This document shows positions 24,283 through 34,487 of a DNA stretch of 64,000 nucleotides, piece by piece. Source of the DNA: Robertmurraya sp. (lineage in GTDB: Bacteria; Bacillota; Bacilli; Bacillales; Cytobacillaceae); assembly GCA_025451895.1 (NCBI GenBank), contig JANWJP010000091.1, positions 1,898-65,897 on the forward strand, written 5' to 3'. A program made the translations under genes and the position numbers. A model generated the notes under the pieces. That model saw only the letters and a program-made list of their open reading frames with translations, ran no database searches and was not told the DNA's origin. The stretch's first letter is position 1. The number at the start of each line of letters is the position of its first letter.

Positions 24283-24533
24283 TATTTTTCAATTTCTGTT
24301 TTTGAATGGAAAAGGAGGCCGTTCAGGGGAGGAACCGGAAGACAGCCGGTTGCTTCCCGGTTTGGCTTCTTTTTTTATGCCCATTTCTTGAATCTTCCTC
24401 TTCAAATTCCTTTCACAAAACCGCCTCTTTGGGGAAAATGCATTTCCGTTTTTATCATAAAAAATGGCAAAAATTCATATGGTGATATAGACTTAGTGAT
24501 TTTTTCGAATGGGAAACGAAAGGAGGAATCGCC

Positions 24534-25685
24534 TTGCCTGAAGGAAATGAATCCGGATTACGATTTTCCCTTGAGGAATCGGTATGGTTTCAAAAAGGAC
24601 AGGAAGTTTCGGAACTGATCTCAATCTCACTTGATCCGGATATCACCATTCATGAAGATGATCAGTATGTAACGATTGAAGGCTTTTTACAGTTATCCGG
24701 TGAATATCGAAAGGATCAAACCGGGGATGCGGAAGAGGAAGTTCCGTCCTCTCCAAAGTTTGTACAAATTGTTGAACATCGCGAAGATGATGTTTTTGAA
24801 TTTATACATCAATTTCCCGTTGACATCACGATTCCGGTTGACCGGGTCAAAAATATTGATGAAATTGAAGTAGTGATAGACTCCTTCGATTATCATCTTC
24901 CTGAAAGAAGCTGTCTGAAACTGGTTGCTGATTTGACGATTAGCGGTCTTTACGAAGGCGAAGCCAAGGACGGGGAAAGCGGGGACCCGGAAAACCAGGG
25001 AGAATGGATTCGACCCCTTCATTTTGAAGAAGCCGGGACACCGGACGGCTTGGAAAATGACGAAATCAAACCTTTGATAAGCTCAGTAGGGGAAAAGGAA
25101 AACGACTTATTCGTTCCGTTTACAGTCTCTGCCCGGAGACAGCCTGAACCGGAGAAAATGATTCATCCTGATCACGAAACAAGTGGTGCACAGAAAGAAG
25201 AAAAGTCTTATAACAGTGATGAAGATACAGTGCCTTTATTTCAACTAAAAAAGGCAGCAACAGGCAGTGAGGAAAAACAGAAGACTGCTTCGCTGTTTTC
25301 AACTAATGAGGCCGGTCCGCCTTTATTGGAAGCGAGAGAAGCAGAGCAGTCTGATGAATTTGATGACGAAGTTGAGTATGATGATGAGGAGGATGTGACC
25401 GGGAAAGAAAATTTAACTGCTCAGGCGGAAGAGCCGGCTTCTAAAAAGAAGAAAGCCAAAAAAGAAGGGATTTCCCTGGCGGAATTTTTTGCCCGCAAAG
25501 AACAGGAGGATGATCTGACAAGGCTGAAGGTTTGTATTGTTCAGGACGGGGAAACAATTGAAACTATTGCCGAGCGCTATGACGTTTCTGTACAGAGTAT
25601 TTTAAAGGTGAATGATATGGATATGAATCAGGATGTTTATTCAGGACAGGTGTTGTATATTCCGGATCATGTCGTTTACAGGTAG
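24534..25685 (+). CDS. spoVID: Stage VI sporulation protein D (coat morphogenetic protein)
   Basis: N-terminus LRFSLEESVWFQKGQEVSELISISLDPDI resembles SpoVID. Acidic middle region and a C-terminal LysM domain (IVQDGETIETIAERYDVSVQSILKVN). TTG start behind AAGGAGG. Confidence 0.85.
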   Translation: MPEGNESGLRFSLEESVWFQKGQEVSELISISLDPDITIHEDDQYVTIEGFLQLSGEYRKDQTGDAEEEVPSSPKFVQIVEHREDDVFEFIHQFPVDITIPVDRVKNIDEIEVVIDSFDYHLPERSCLKLVADLTISGLYEGEAKDGESGDPENQGEWIRPLHFEEAGTPDGLENDEIKPLISSVGEKENDLFVPFTVSARRQPEPEKMIHPDHETSGAQKEEKSYNSDEDTVPLFQLKKAATGSEEKQKTASLFSTNEAGPPLLEAREAEQSDEFDDEVEYDDEEDVTGKENLTAQAEEPASKKKKAKKEGISLAEFFARKEQEDDLTRLKVCIVQDGETIETIAERYDVSVQSILKVNDMDMNQDVYSGQVLYIPDHVVYR

Positions 25686-25702
25686 TAAAGAAGTGAAATG
25701 TC

Positions 25703-26746
25703 ATGAACGATGAAAGGCTGGCGAAAATAAAAAAAATCCTGGGGCATTTTGCCCTCAAACCGCGCCATTATGAACAATACGGCAAGGTTTATAAAATTTT
25801 TTCAGATAAAGGCGTATTTGCATTAAAAAAAATTTCTCCCTATCAAGGAACAAATTTTATCCGATATCTTCAGTATTTGTTTCAAAGAGGATATAACCGC
25901 ATTGTTCCTGTGTATCCGACGCTCGACGGCCGTTTTGGAGTCCTTTATGAGCAACATTTATATTATTTGATGCCCTGGCTTTCCAATGAAACAAAGGAAG
26001 ATCGCAGCAGGCAGCATGAACAGATGTTTCGGGAGCTGGCCAGGCTTCATGCCCTGTCTGTGCAGGAGGTTTCCGTAAATAAAGAAGATAAGGTCAGACA
26101 TTATGAAAAGACCCTTTATGAATGGGAGAAGGAAGAAGAGTTGCTTGAAGGGTTTTTGGAGCATTGCGAGAGCAGGGTTTATATGTCCCCCTTTGAGTTG
26201 TTATATTGTCTGTACTATATTGATATAAAACGGGCCCGGCAATATGCGAAGGATAAGTTTCAAAGCTGGTATGAAAAAACAGAGGATCAAGAAAAGGCAA
26301 GGGCTGTTTTGTCCCACGGAAAAATTTCCACGGAACATTTTGTTTATGATGATAAAGGTTACGGCTATTTTATTAATTTTGAAAAGAGCCGTCATGGCTC
26401 ACCATTAAACGATCTATTGCCGTTTTTGTCCAGAAAGCTCAGGACGTTCCCAAAAAAATGCGACCAATGCGTGGAATGGATCTATACTTATTTAAAATAC
26501 TTCCCGCTGACTGAAGAAGAAACGCTTCTTTTTCACAGTTATTTCTCCCGGCCAGGGCCGATCATCCGTACCGTTGAAACGTATTATAAAACCCGACGTC
26601 CTGATGAAAGCCGGTTTGTAAAGCAATTGCAGCAAAATTATTGGCTTTTGAAAAACACAGAATACGTGATTATGAGAATGGTGGAGAGGGAGCGGATGAA
26701 ACAGGAGGAAGAGGCTTTAAAAGCACAGGCTGAGGAAGGGAAATAA
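25703..26746 (+). CDS. ysxE: CotS-family kinase-like spore coat protein YsxE
   Basis: Phosphotransferase-fold features (FALKKI..., HGKISTEHFVYD). Lies immediately downstream of spoVID, as in B. subtilis. Confidence 0.75.
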   Translation: MNDERLAKIKKILGHFALKPRHYEQYGKVYKIFSDKGVFALKKISPYQGTNFIRYLQYLFQRGYNRIVPVYPTLDGRFGVLYEQHLYYLMPWLSNETKEDRSRQHEQMFRELARLHALSVQEVSVNKEDKVRHYEKTLYEWEKEEELLEGFLEHCESRVYMSPFELLYCLYYIDIKRARQYAKDKFQSWYEKTEDQEKARAVLSHGKISTEHFVYDDKGYGYFINFEKSRHGSPLNDLLPFLSRKLRTFPKKCDQCVEWIYTYLKYFPLTEEETLLFHSYFSRPGPIIRTVETYYKTRRPDESRFVKQLQQNYWLLKNTEYVIMRMVERERMKQEEEALKAQAEEGK

Positions 26747-26764
26747 CAGAATAAGGATATTAAG

Positions 26765-26832
26765 GCTGACTCCCTGCGCAGTCTGCATCCCGTTGTTTTG
26801 TGCGGGTGTTGCAGCACAGGAGTCAGCTTTTT
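26765..26832. terminator. Convergent (bidirectional) terminator hairpin
   Basis: GCTGACTCC (26765-26773) pairs with GGAGTCAGC (26819-26827), enclosing further pairing. T5 lies on the + side. It sits between convergent ysxE and the 63-aa ORF. Confidence 0.7.
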
Positions 26833-27022
26833 ATAACCATTCCATTTGAAAAGCGAGTGCAAGCAAAATCAGGACAGCTAAACAGAGAATATCAAAGGGA
26901 GTTGGAAATAAAAGTGTTCTGATGCCCTGGAAAATGCAAATTGGAACGATAAACTGTCTGCAAATATTCCGGAAGGACAACAACCAGGACGGTAGTTTAT
27001 AAGGATTGTATTTTTTTCTCAT
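26831..27022 (-). CDS. Hypothetical small membrane protein (63 aa)
   Basis: Two hydrophobic segments. AAGGAA lies about 9 nt upstream of the ATG. Convergent with the ysxE terminator. No family recognised. Confidence 0.35.
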   Translation of the reverse strand: MRKKYNPYKLPSWLLSFRNICRQFIVPICIFQGIRTLLFPTPFDILCLAVLILLALAFQMEWL

Positions 27023-27159
27023 CGTGGATCAGTTCCTTATGATTGGTATCTGCCTGTTATTAATCTATGATTTTCCCTGTCATTTGTGTTAAAAACATTT
27101 TGATTACAGGAAAAAAGCGTAAAAACAGGGTATAATCGCGGTAAATTTGGCTATCCTTA

Positions 27160-27189
27160 TTGACGAAAGTCAGCGGTTTTCGGTAGTAT
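27160..27189 (+). promoter_or_regulatory. Candidate SigA promoter of the valS leader
   Basis: TTGACG (27160-27165), 18-nt spacer, TAGTAT (27184-27189). An overlapping TATAAT at 27187 would need a 21-nt spacer. Confidence 0.4.
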
Positions 27190-27214
27190 AATAATAAGTT
27201 ATTCTAAAACATCA

Positions 27215-27533
27215 TATTGACAAGGGCGATGACAGGGAAAGTACAATGGGTGAGCATGCTTAAAGAGAGGAAAACCGGCAGCTGAGAGGTTTTCTAAGCG
27301 TGTCCGGCGGAAAGTCCCCCTCGAGCTTCTTTTATGAACGAATTGATTTCCAGTAGTAAAAGACGGAAAAACCGTTAACGCATGAGTGCCAATTACAAAC
27401 AGGAAATTTGGGTTTATAATTATGAAAATAAAAATTTCCTCAGGCAGTTTTTATCAACAGACTGTCAGGTAATTGGAAAAAAGGTGGTACCGCGATTAAA
27501 TTCCATTCGTCCTTTTATGACGGGTGGTTTTTT
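27215..27533 (+). promoter_or_regulatory. T-box riboswitch leader of valS
   Basis: GATGA K-turn half (27228), AGTA box (27240), AGAGAG box (27264), and T-box core GGTGGTACCGCG (27483-27494). Terminator: CCATTCGTC (27503-27511) pairs with GACGGGTGG (27519-27527), then T6. Candidate Val specifier GTC at 27314-27316. Confidence 0.85.
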
Positions 27534-27676
27534 ATTTTTCCGGCGGATTTTGTTCAGGTTTGCAGAATCGGCAGTGCATGGAAATTCCGGAACCTTTTCC
27601 TGCCGTTTACATAAGCAATTGAAATACAGCAATAAACGTTTGCATGGGATACAAAAATGAGAAAGGAAGTTGTCAA

Positions 27677-30331
27677 GTGTCAAATGAAATAACAATGCCC
27701 GCAAAATACGATCATAAGTCTGTTGAGAAAGGCCGCTACGAATGGTGGCTGAAAGGGAAATTTTTTGAAACGAGTGATGATGAGGAAAAACAGCCTTATA
27801 CGATTGTTATTCCCCCGCCGAACGTTACCGGCAAGCTTCACCTGGGTCATGCATGGGATACGGCACTTCAAGATATTCTGACCCGCATGAAAAGGATGCA
27901 GGGGTATGATGTTTTATGGCTTCCGGGTATGGACCATGCCGGTATTGCCACGCAGGCAAAGGTGGAGGAGAAACTCCGTCAGGAAGGGAAAAGCCGCTAT
28001 GATTTAGGACGTGAGAAATTCCTGGAGGAGACATGGAAATGGAAAGAGGAATATGCCTCCCATATCCGCGAGCAATGGGCGAAGCTTGGTCTCGGTCTGG
28101 ATTACCGCCGCGAGCGGTTCACCCTTGATGAAGGACTGTCCAAAGCAGTTCGTGAAGTGTTTGTCTCTCTCTACCGGAAAGGGTTAATTTACAGGGGAGA
28201 ATATATTATTAACTGGGACCCTGTCACTAAAACAGCTTTATCAGATATTGAGGTTGTTTATAAGGATGTTCAGGGGCACTTCTATCATATGCGTTATCCG
28301 TTGGCTGACGATTCCGGACACATTGAAATTGCCACCACCCGTCCGGAAACGATGCTCGGAGATACTGCTGTTGCCGTGCACCCTGATGACGAGCGCTACA
28401 AGCATTTAATTGGAAAAACAGTCATTCTGCCGATTATCGGCCGGGAAATTCCGATCATTGCTGATGAGTATGTAGATATGGAATTTGGTTCCGGAGCAGT
28501 AAAAATTACTCCGGCCCATGATCCGAATGACTTTGAAGTGGGCAACCGCCATAATTTGGAGCGGGTTCTTGTCATGAATGAAGACGGAACAATGAATGAA
28601 AATGCCGGCAAATATCAGGGTATGGATCGGTTTGAATGCCGGAAACAAATTGTTAAAGATCTTCAGGAACAAGGGGTTCTCTTTAAAATTGAAGACCATC
28701 TCCATTCCGTCGGGCACTCTGAACGGAGCGGGGCAGTGGTTGAGCCTTATTTGTCCACACAGTGGTTTGTAAAAATGAAGCCTCTTGCCGAAGCAGCGAT
28801 TGCTTTGCAGAAGGATGACGGGAAAAAGGTCAGATTTGTTCCTGAGCGCTTTGAAAAAACTTATCTTCACTGGATGGAAAATATCCGTGACTGGTGTATT
28901 TCCCGTCAGCTTTGGTGGGGACACCGGATTCCGGCCTGGTATCATAAAGAAACGGGTGAGATCTATGTGGACCATCAGCCGCCGGCAGACATTGAAAATT
29001 GGGAGCAAGACCCCGATGTTCTCGATACATGGTTCAGTTCTGCATTATGGCCGTTTTCAACGATGGGCTGGCCTGATACGGATGCACATGATTATAAAAG
29101 ATATTATCCGACCGATGCGCTTGTGACCGGCTATGACATTATTTTCTTCTGGGTATCCCGGATGATTTTCCAGGGCCTTGAATTTACCGGCCAGCGTCCG
29201 TTTAAAGATGTGTTGATCCACGGGCTGGTAAGAGATGAACTGGGCAGAAAAATGAGTAAATCACTGGGCAACGGAGTCGATCCGATGGATGTCATTGACA
29301 AATACGGGGCAGACTCTTTGCGCTATTTCCTGACAACGGGAACGTCACCGGGGCAGGATCTCCGTTTCAGCACGGAAAAGGTGGAAGCTGTCTGGAACTT
29401 TGCCAATAAAATTTGGAATGCTTCCCGATTTGCCTTAATGAATATGAATGGTCTGAAATATGAAGAAATTGATTTCAGCGGTGAGAAGACTGTTGCTGAT
29501 AAATGGATTTTGACAAGGTTAAACGAAACGATTGAAACAGTTACGAGACTTTCGGAGCGCTATGAATTCGGAGAAGTGGGCCGGGTTCTTTACAACTTTA
29601 TTTGGGATGACTTCTGCGACTGGTATATTGAAATGGCCAAACTTCCGCTCTATGGTGATGATGAGGAGGCGAAGAAAACAACAAGATCTGTTCTTGCTTA
29701 TGTACTTGACCAAACGCTGCGTTTGCTTCATCCGTTCATGCCATTCATTACGGAAGAGATCTGGCAAAACCTTCCGCATGAAGGGGAATCGATTACTGTT
29801 GCCAAGTGGCCGGAAGTTGATGAGTCATTATCTGACCATCAGGCTGCCGCGGATATGAAGCTTCTCGTTGAAACCATCCGGGCAGTCCGCAATATTCGCG
29901 CAGAAGTAAATACACCATTAAGCAAGAAAATTAAAATGCTCGTTAAGGTAAAGGATGACTCTGTCCTTGGCACTTTGGAAAATAACCGTTCTTACCTGGA
30001 GCGTTTCTGTAATCCGGAAGAACTCCTCATCGGCAAGGATATAGCCGTTCCTGATAAGGCAATGACAGCTGTTGTTTCCGGGGCAGAAATTTTCCTACCG
30101 CTTGAAGGTTTAATCAATATTGAAGAGGAAGTGTCCCGTCTACGGAAAGAACTGGAAAAGCTGAACAAAGAAGTGGAGCGGGTGCAGAAAAAATTAAGCA
30201 ATGAAAGTTTTATTCAAAAAGCTCCTGAAAAGATTATTGCAGGGGAACGGGCGAAGGAAAAGGATTACTTGGAAAAAAGAGCCCTTGTCGAAGAACGGTT
30301 AAGAGAACTTACAGGAGGAAAAGGAGCATAA
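27677..30331 (+). CDS. valS: Valyl-tRNA synthetase
   Basis: HIGH motif (KLHLGHAWD), KMSKS (KMSKSLGN), and a C-terminal coiled coil. The start is probably GTG 27677 behind GAAAGGAAG; ATG 27695 is an alternative. Confidence 0.95.
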   Translation: MSNEITMPAKYDHKSVEKGRYEWWLKGKFFETSDDEEKQPYTIVIPPPNVTGKLHLGHAWDTALQDILTRMKRMQGYDVLWLPGMDHAGIATQAKVEEKLRQEGKSRYDLGREKFLEETWKWKEEYASHIREQWAKLGLGLDYRRERFTLDEGLSKAVREVFVSLYRKGLIYRGEYIINWDPVTKTALSDIEVVYKDVQGHFYHMRYPLADDSGHIEIATTRPETMLGDTAVAVHPDDERYKHLIGKTVILPIIGREIPIIADEYVDMEFGSGAVKITPAHDPNDFEVGNRHNLERVLVMNEDGTMNENAGKYQGMDRFECRKQIVKDLQEQGVLFKIEDHLHSVGHSERSGAVVEPYLSTQWFVKMKPLAEAAIALQKDDGKKVRFVPERFEKTYLHWMENIRDWCISRQLWWGHRIPAWYHKETGEIYVDHQPPADIENWEQDPDVLDTWFSSALWPFSTMGWPDTDAHDYKRYYPTDALVTGYDIIFFWVSRMIFQGLEFTGQRPFKDVLIHGLVRDELGRKMSKSLGNGVDPMDVIDKYGADSLRYFLTTGTSPGQDLRFSTEKVEAVWNFANKIWNASRFALMNMNGLKYEEIDFSGEKTVADKWILTRLNETIETVTRLSERYEFGEVGRVLYNFIWDDFCDWYIEMAKLPLYGDDEEAKKTTRSVLAYVLDQTLRLLHPFMPFITEEIWQNLPHEGESITVAKWPEVDESLSDHQAAADMKLLVETIRAVRNIRAEVNTPLSKKIKMLVKVKDDSVLGTLENNRSYLERFCNPEELLIGKDIAVPDKAMTAVVSGAEIFLPLEGLINIEEEVSRLRKELEKLNKEVERVQKKLSNESFIQKAPEKIIAGERAKEKDYLEKRALVEERLRELTGGKGA

Positions 30332-30465
30332 ATTGTTTAATTTCATGGAGCCGGTTTGCTCCCGGCTCCGGTTGATACATCTAATTCGCTGTATTATTTT
30401 CGCGGAGCCGGCTTCTTTTTCAGGCGGCTCTTAAACTTTGCAAAAAATATAGGGGTGGGGAAGAG

Positions 30466-31776
30466 ATGAAAATAGAAAGCTATCAAGAAGCGCTTCAATG
30501 GATTCATTCCCGACTGAGCCTTGGGATCAAGCCCGGATTGAAAAGAATGGAGTGGCTTATGGAAAAGCTCGGGCATCCGGAGAGAAATGTAAGAGTCATT
30601 CATGTCGGAGGCACAAACGGGAAAGGGTCGACGATCGCTTATTTGCGGCAAATCCTTCAGGAAGCGGAATATAAAGTCGGCACGTTTACTTCGCCATATT
30701 TTGAAACGTTTAATGAACGAATCAGCATAAACGGAGAACCGATTAGCGATGATGAACTTGTTGAATTAACAAATATCATCAAGCCGCTTTGCGATGAATT
30801 GGATGAGAGCGAGCTTGGCGGACCGACAGAGTTTGAAGTCATCACTGCGATGTCCATTTACTATTTTGCCTTCAAAAACCCCGTTGACATTGTTTTATAT
30901 GAGGTGGGGCTCGGCGGCAGACTGGATTCCACGAATGTTCTCTATCCGATTTTGATTATTATTACAAATATTGGAAAAGATCATACAAATTTATTAGGGG
31001 AAACTTATGAGGAAATTGCTGCTGAAAAAGCGGGAATTATTAAAAGCAGCGTGTCACTTATAACTGCGGTAAAGCAACCTGAAGCATTGAAGGTTTTTGA
31101 AGAGAAAGCAAAGGAAAAAAGAGCGCCGGTGTATTTGGCAGACCGTGAATTCCGCATAAAAGATCATCGGCCGCAACCGGATGGCGAGTGCTTCTCCTTT
31201 GAGTCCATCTTCCAATCCTTTGATGATTTGAAGATTTCAATGAAAGGCCGCCATCAAACAGAAAATGCCGCTTTGGCGGTGATGGGAGCGATCTTTTTAA
31301 ATAAGTTATTTGCATTCTATATTGAAGAAGAGCATATCCGGACAGGACTGGAAAAAGCTTATTGGCCGGGAAGGTTTGAGACCGTTTCTGCTTCACCGCT
31401 GATTGTTATAGACGGGGCTCATAATGAAGAAGGCATTACAGCTCTCACTGATGAATTAAAGACACGATATTCCGATAAAAAAATTAAAGTTATTTTTGCT
31501 GCCCTGCATGATAAAAAATTAGACGGCATGGTTCGCCGCCTTGACGAAATTGCCGATGAGATCATTTTCACAAGTTTTGATTTTCCAAGGGCGGCCAAAG
31601 CCGAAGAATTGTTCCGGTACAGTCATGCAGATAAGAAAATAGTTGCCGGTGATTGGAGGCAGGCGTTAACGGAAGCCGTTGAAGGAATGAGCGGGGGAGA
31701 TATGCTCGTTATCACCGGTTCCCTTTATTTTATACCTCTGGCAAAAGCCCGGTTGGCTGAGTATTTTGCTTCGTAA
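30466..31776 (+). CDS. folC: Folylpolyglutamate synthase / dihydrofolate synthase
   Basis: Mur-ligase P-loop GGTNGKGST, then TNIGKDH and DGAHN motifs. Confidence 0.93.
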   Translation: MKIESYQEALQWIHSRLSLGIKPGLKRMEWLMEKLGHPERNVRVIHVGGTNGKGSTIAYLRQILQEAEYKVGTFTSPYFETFNERISINGEPISDDELVELTNIIKPLCDELDESELGGPTEFEVITAMSIYYFAFKNPVDIVLYEVGLGGRLDSTNVLYPILIIITNIGKDHTNLLGETYEEIAAEKAGIIKSSVSLITAVKQPEALKVFEEKAKEKRAPVYLADREFRIKDHRPQPDGECFSFESIFQSFDDLKISMKGRHQTENAALAVMGAIFLNKLFAFYIEEEHIRTGLEKAYWPGRFETVSASPLIVIDGAHNEEGITALTDELKTRYSDKKIKVIFAALHDKKLDGMVRRLDEIADEIIFTSFDFPRAAKAEELFRYSHADKKIVAGDWRQALTEAVEGMSGGDMLVITGSLYFIPLAKARLAEYFAS

Positions 31777-31806
31777 CAGCTGGATACGCGTTCTCTGCAA
31801 CAATAA

Positions 31807-31835
31807 GGAGCGGGAAGATGACCCGCTTCTTTTTT
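31807..31835 (+). terminator. Intrinsic terminator after folC
   Basis: 7-bp stem GAGCGGG / CCCGCTT (one G-U pair), loop AAGATGA, then a TTCTTTTTT tail. Confidence 0.8.
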
Positions 31836-32010
31836 GTTGAGACCCGGGTTCCGAATAAACTGCTTACGCCGGTGTTTTTTCGTATATGTTAATAAACAGG
31901 CCCGTCTATATTTGACGCTGCATACTAGACGAGCCTTCCTGAAAGCAGAGCAAGATAAGGGAATTCTTGCGGATGTTCTTTCTTAAAACTTGTATTCATG
32001 CAAATTCGGC

Positions 32011-33150
32011 TTATTCCCAAACGGAGAGGATGTCTTCTGCAACCCGTTCCCATTTATACAGGGAGACGGCGAGCTTCCGGCTGTTTTCTCCCATTTTTTT
32101 CATTAATGTTTTATCGCTCAATATTTGTGAGATAGCTTTTGCAAAGCTTTCCGGATTTTCCGGGTCTCTGACAATCAGTCCGTTTTCTCCTTCAATTATT
32201 ACTTCAGGATTTCCTCCCCTGGCCGTTGTCACAATCGGCAAACCGGCGGCCATCGCTTCATAGTGAACTCTTGCAAGCGGTTCTTGCCATACTGAAGAAC
32301 AAATAAACAGGTCTGCGGCAGCGTACCAATTTTGAATTTCATCCGGATGAACAAATCCGGTTGTAATGACCGGTACTGCTTGCCTTTTGGCGAGTGCACG
32401 GATATAGGCGACGAAATCAGTCACATGATTTTCGCTGAACCAGTTGCTTCCGACCAGTACCAAGGCTAAATTTTTAAATTTTTTTGCAAGTATAGGCAAC
32501 GCCCTTATTAAGCGGTCGGCACCTTTATTATTTGATAGTCTTCCTGCAAAAAGGAGCACTGTCTTATTTTCCAGTCCATAATCCTTTCTTACTTTTTTGC
32601 GGGTGTTTTCCATCCTGGCATCGTTTCCCGGCAGGAAGCGTTCCGTATCGACGCCGGAATAGATCGTGTTTAATTTTGTTGCAGCCTGTGGGAAGAGGGC
32701 CTTAATTTCATAGCCGACATAATCGCTGACGGTAATGATACTTTCGACTTCCTCAATAACTTGGCATGCCTCGTCGGCGGGGATTTTTTCCGAATGGAAC
32801 ATATCATTGTGCATACTGAGAATGATTCTTGCGTTTGTTGCCAGAGAACGGACGGGAAGAACAAGGCGGGGACGATTAAAAATATGAATAATATCGAAGG
32901 AATCAGGATGGTTTTCAAGAAATTTTATGACTCCTTCCTTGTACAAATCAAAAATCTTTCCGGGTATTCTTACATAACGGACATTATCACGGATTTCATC
33001 CTTTTCTAAGGAAGGATCTTCGATGCCGAGTACGGTTATTTCATGATAGAAGCTTAAATGGGGCAGAACACCGGAGATATAAGTTTGTATCGCTCCGCCT
33101 TTAACGGCCGGAACGGGAAGTTTTTCCGTACAGATCATCAGTACTCTCAT
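32011..33150 (-). CDS. cotSA: GT4-family glycosyltransferase, spore coat protein SA-like
   Basis: SSVWQEPLARVHYEAMAAGLPIVTTARGGNPEVI closely matches the CotSA C-terminal E-x7-E region as I recall it. 4-nt overlap with the upstream cotS-like gene. Confidence 0.8.
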   Translation of the reverse strand: MRVLMICTEKLPVPAVKGGAIQTYISGVLPHLSFYHEITVLGIEDPSLEKDEIRDNVRYVRIPGKIFDLYKEGVIKFLENHPDSFDIIHIFNRPRLVLPVRSLATNARIILSMHNDMFHSEKIPADEACQVIEEVESIITVSDYVGYEIKALFPQAATKLNTIYSGVDTERFLPGNDARMENTRKKVRKDYGLENKTVLLFAGRLSNNKGADRLIRALPILAKKFKNLALVLVGSNWFSENHVTDFVAYIRALAKRQAVPVITTGFVHPDEIQNWYAAADLFICSSVWQEPLARVHYEAMAAGLPIVTTARGGNPEVIIEGENGLIVRDPENPESFAKAISQILSDKTLMKKMGENSRKLAVSLYKWERVAEDILSVWE

Positions 33151-34259
33151 TTTGATGTTTTCACGTCCTTCCAGTCATTGGCAATTTCTTTCAAAGCAGG
33201 CCATTTTGTTTTGTCTTGCTGGATAATTTGTTCAATCATTGCGGCAGTACTTTCGTTTAAAAACAATTCCGGGTTATAACCCAATTCCTTTACATTCCGG
33301 TAAAATTCATTTGGAAGTGAAAATTCAATCATCAGCATTTCATACAGTTCTTTGCTTAATGGGTTGGCTTCATGATACGCTCTGATTAATTCCCTTAACC
33401 AATCGGTATTCCAGTTTAATGAATCAAGCATAATTCCGGAAATTAGTTTTCTCAAATCACGGACAGGCAGATCATAAGAAACGCCGTCAAGGTCAATAAT
33501 CCATACGCCGCCTTTGCCCAATTGTCCGTTGGACCAGCCGTAATCCTGGTGGACGAGTCCCCAATGTGAATCTTCATATTGTAAAAGTTTTCGATAAGGG
33601 GAATTTTGCAATTTTTCAAGAGCCGCTTTGGCATGAGGTTCAAATAGTTCAACTGCCTGTAATAAGGGTTCACTTGCAGGCATGTCATTGTATGCCTTGG
33701 CTATATTTCGAAACCAGTCCATTTTCATCAGCATTTTTTGATAGGTTTTCTCCCATTTACGGACCCGTGAAGCAATCTCAGCGTTTAAGGGGGCTTGGTA
33801 GTTTTTGCTTAACCGGTGGAACTCACCGAGTCCGTAGCAGAGTTGTTTGGCCCCTTCCAAATCCGGCGGAGCCGGGGTGAGTGAATCAATCCATTCAGCG
33901 ACAAACCAAATCTTTCCTCCGGCCAGAACACATTTTTGTCCGTCTTTTGTTTTTACAATTGGCGGAACCCGGGCCTTTTTCACATCACACAAATATTCTT
34001 GCGCACCAAGGCTGAAAATGCTCCGCCCCGGTCTCCGGTGCAGAAGCTTAAGGCTTTTCGGGCCCTCGCTTGTTTCCACCTTCCATATGGCTCCCCCCTT
34101 TTTCGGCTTTGTTGCAACGACATTCATGCAACGGACAGAGAAATCATACTGCTTTAAAACTGCCAAAGCAATGTATTGGATGTATTCGGGCACATATAAA
34201 TCGTCCCGCATCAGTTCTGTTTCATCTGCCGCCCAGGGCAAGATTTCCAAGCTTTTCAT
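33147..34259 (-). CDS. cotS: CotS/CotI-family spore coat kinase-like protein
   Basis: Phosphotransferase fold with GLVHQDYGWSNG (HxD catalytic loop) and IIDLDGVSYD. Operon partner of cotSA. Confidence 0.75.
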   Translation of the reverse strand: MKSLEILPWAADETELMRDDLYVPEYIQYIALAVLKQYDFSVRCMNVVATKPKKGGAIWKVETSEGPKSLKLLHRRPGRSIFSLGAQEYLCDVKKARVPPIVKTKDGQKCVLAGGKIWFVAEWIDSLTPAPPDLEGAKQLCYGLGEFHRLSKNYQAPLNAEIASRVRKWEKTYQKMLMKMDWFRNIAKAYNDMPASEPLLQAVELFEPHAKAALEKLQNSPYRKLLQYEDSHWGLVHQDYGWSNGQLGKGGVWIIDLDGVSYDLPVRDLRKLISGIMLDSLNWNTDWLRELIRAYHEANPLSKELYEMLMIEFSLPNEFYRNVKELGYNPELFLNESTAAMIEQIIQQDKTKWPALKEIANDWKDVKTSK

Positions 34260-34314
34260 TCAGTTCCCTCCATTATTTGCTCCCTTCAGTTCTGTGTAAG
34301 AGGCTTATTTTTAA

Positions 34315-34341
34315 TAAAATATGTTATAAAAATACATTTGT
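34315..34341 (-). promoter_or_regulatory. Possible SigK-type promoter for cotS-cotSA
   Basis: The minus strand reads AC, 16 nt, CATATTTTA, which fits the AC-16/17-CATAnnnTA pattern, about 55 nt upstream of the cotS ATG. The consensus is loose and the region is AT-rich, so a chance match is plausible. Confidence 0.3.
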
Positions 34342-34487
34342 ATAGGACAAGGCCCGTAAATTTCCATAAAAACCAAAGAAGAGCTTAATCAGCAATAATA
34401 CTATACAAAAAGTGCTTCTTTACATAAATTGAAGTATGTCCGGCATGTTTCCGGTGCACATTGTGCCGGCAACAGGGGGGTGACAAA

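Noticed and set aside
27382-27660. A 92-aa ORF upstream of valS.
   Set aside because: It spans the T-box core and terminator of the valS leader, so the region is a riboswitch rather than coding sequence.
30347-30430. GGAGCCGG-containing hairpins after valS (30347-30369) and again before folC (~30403-30430), as possible terminators or a repeat element.
   Set aside because: The first stem has no T tail, and the second is short with a large loop. They may attenuate read-through into folC, but I cannot support a terminator or repeat-family call.
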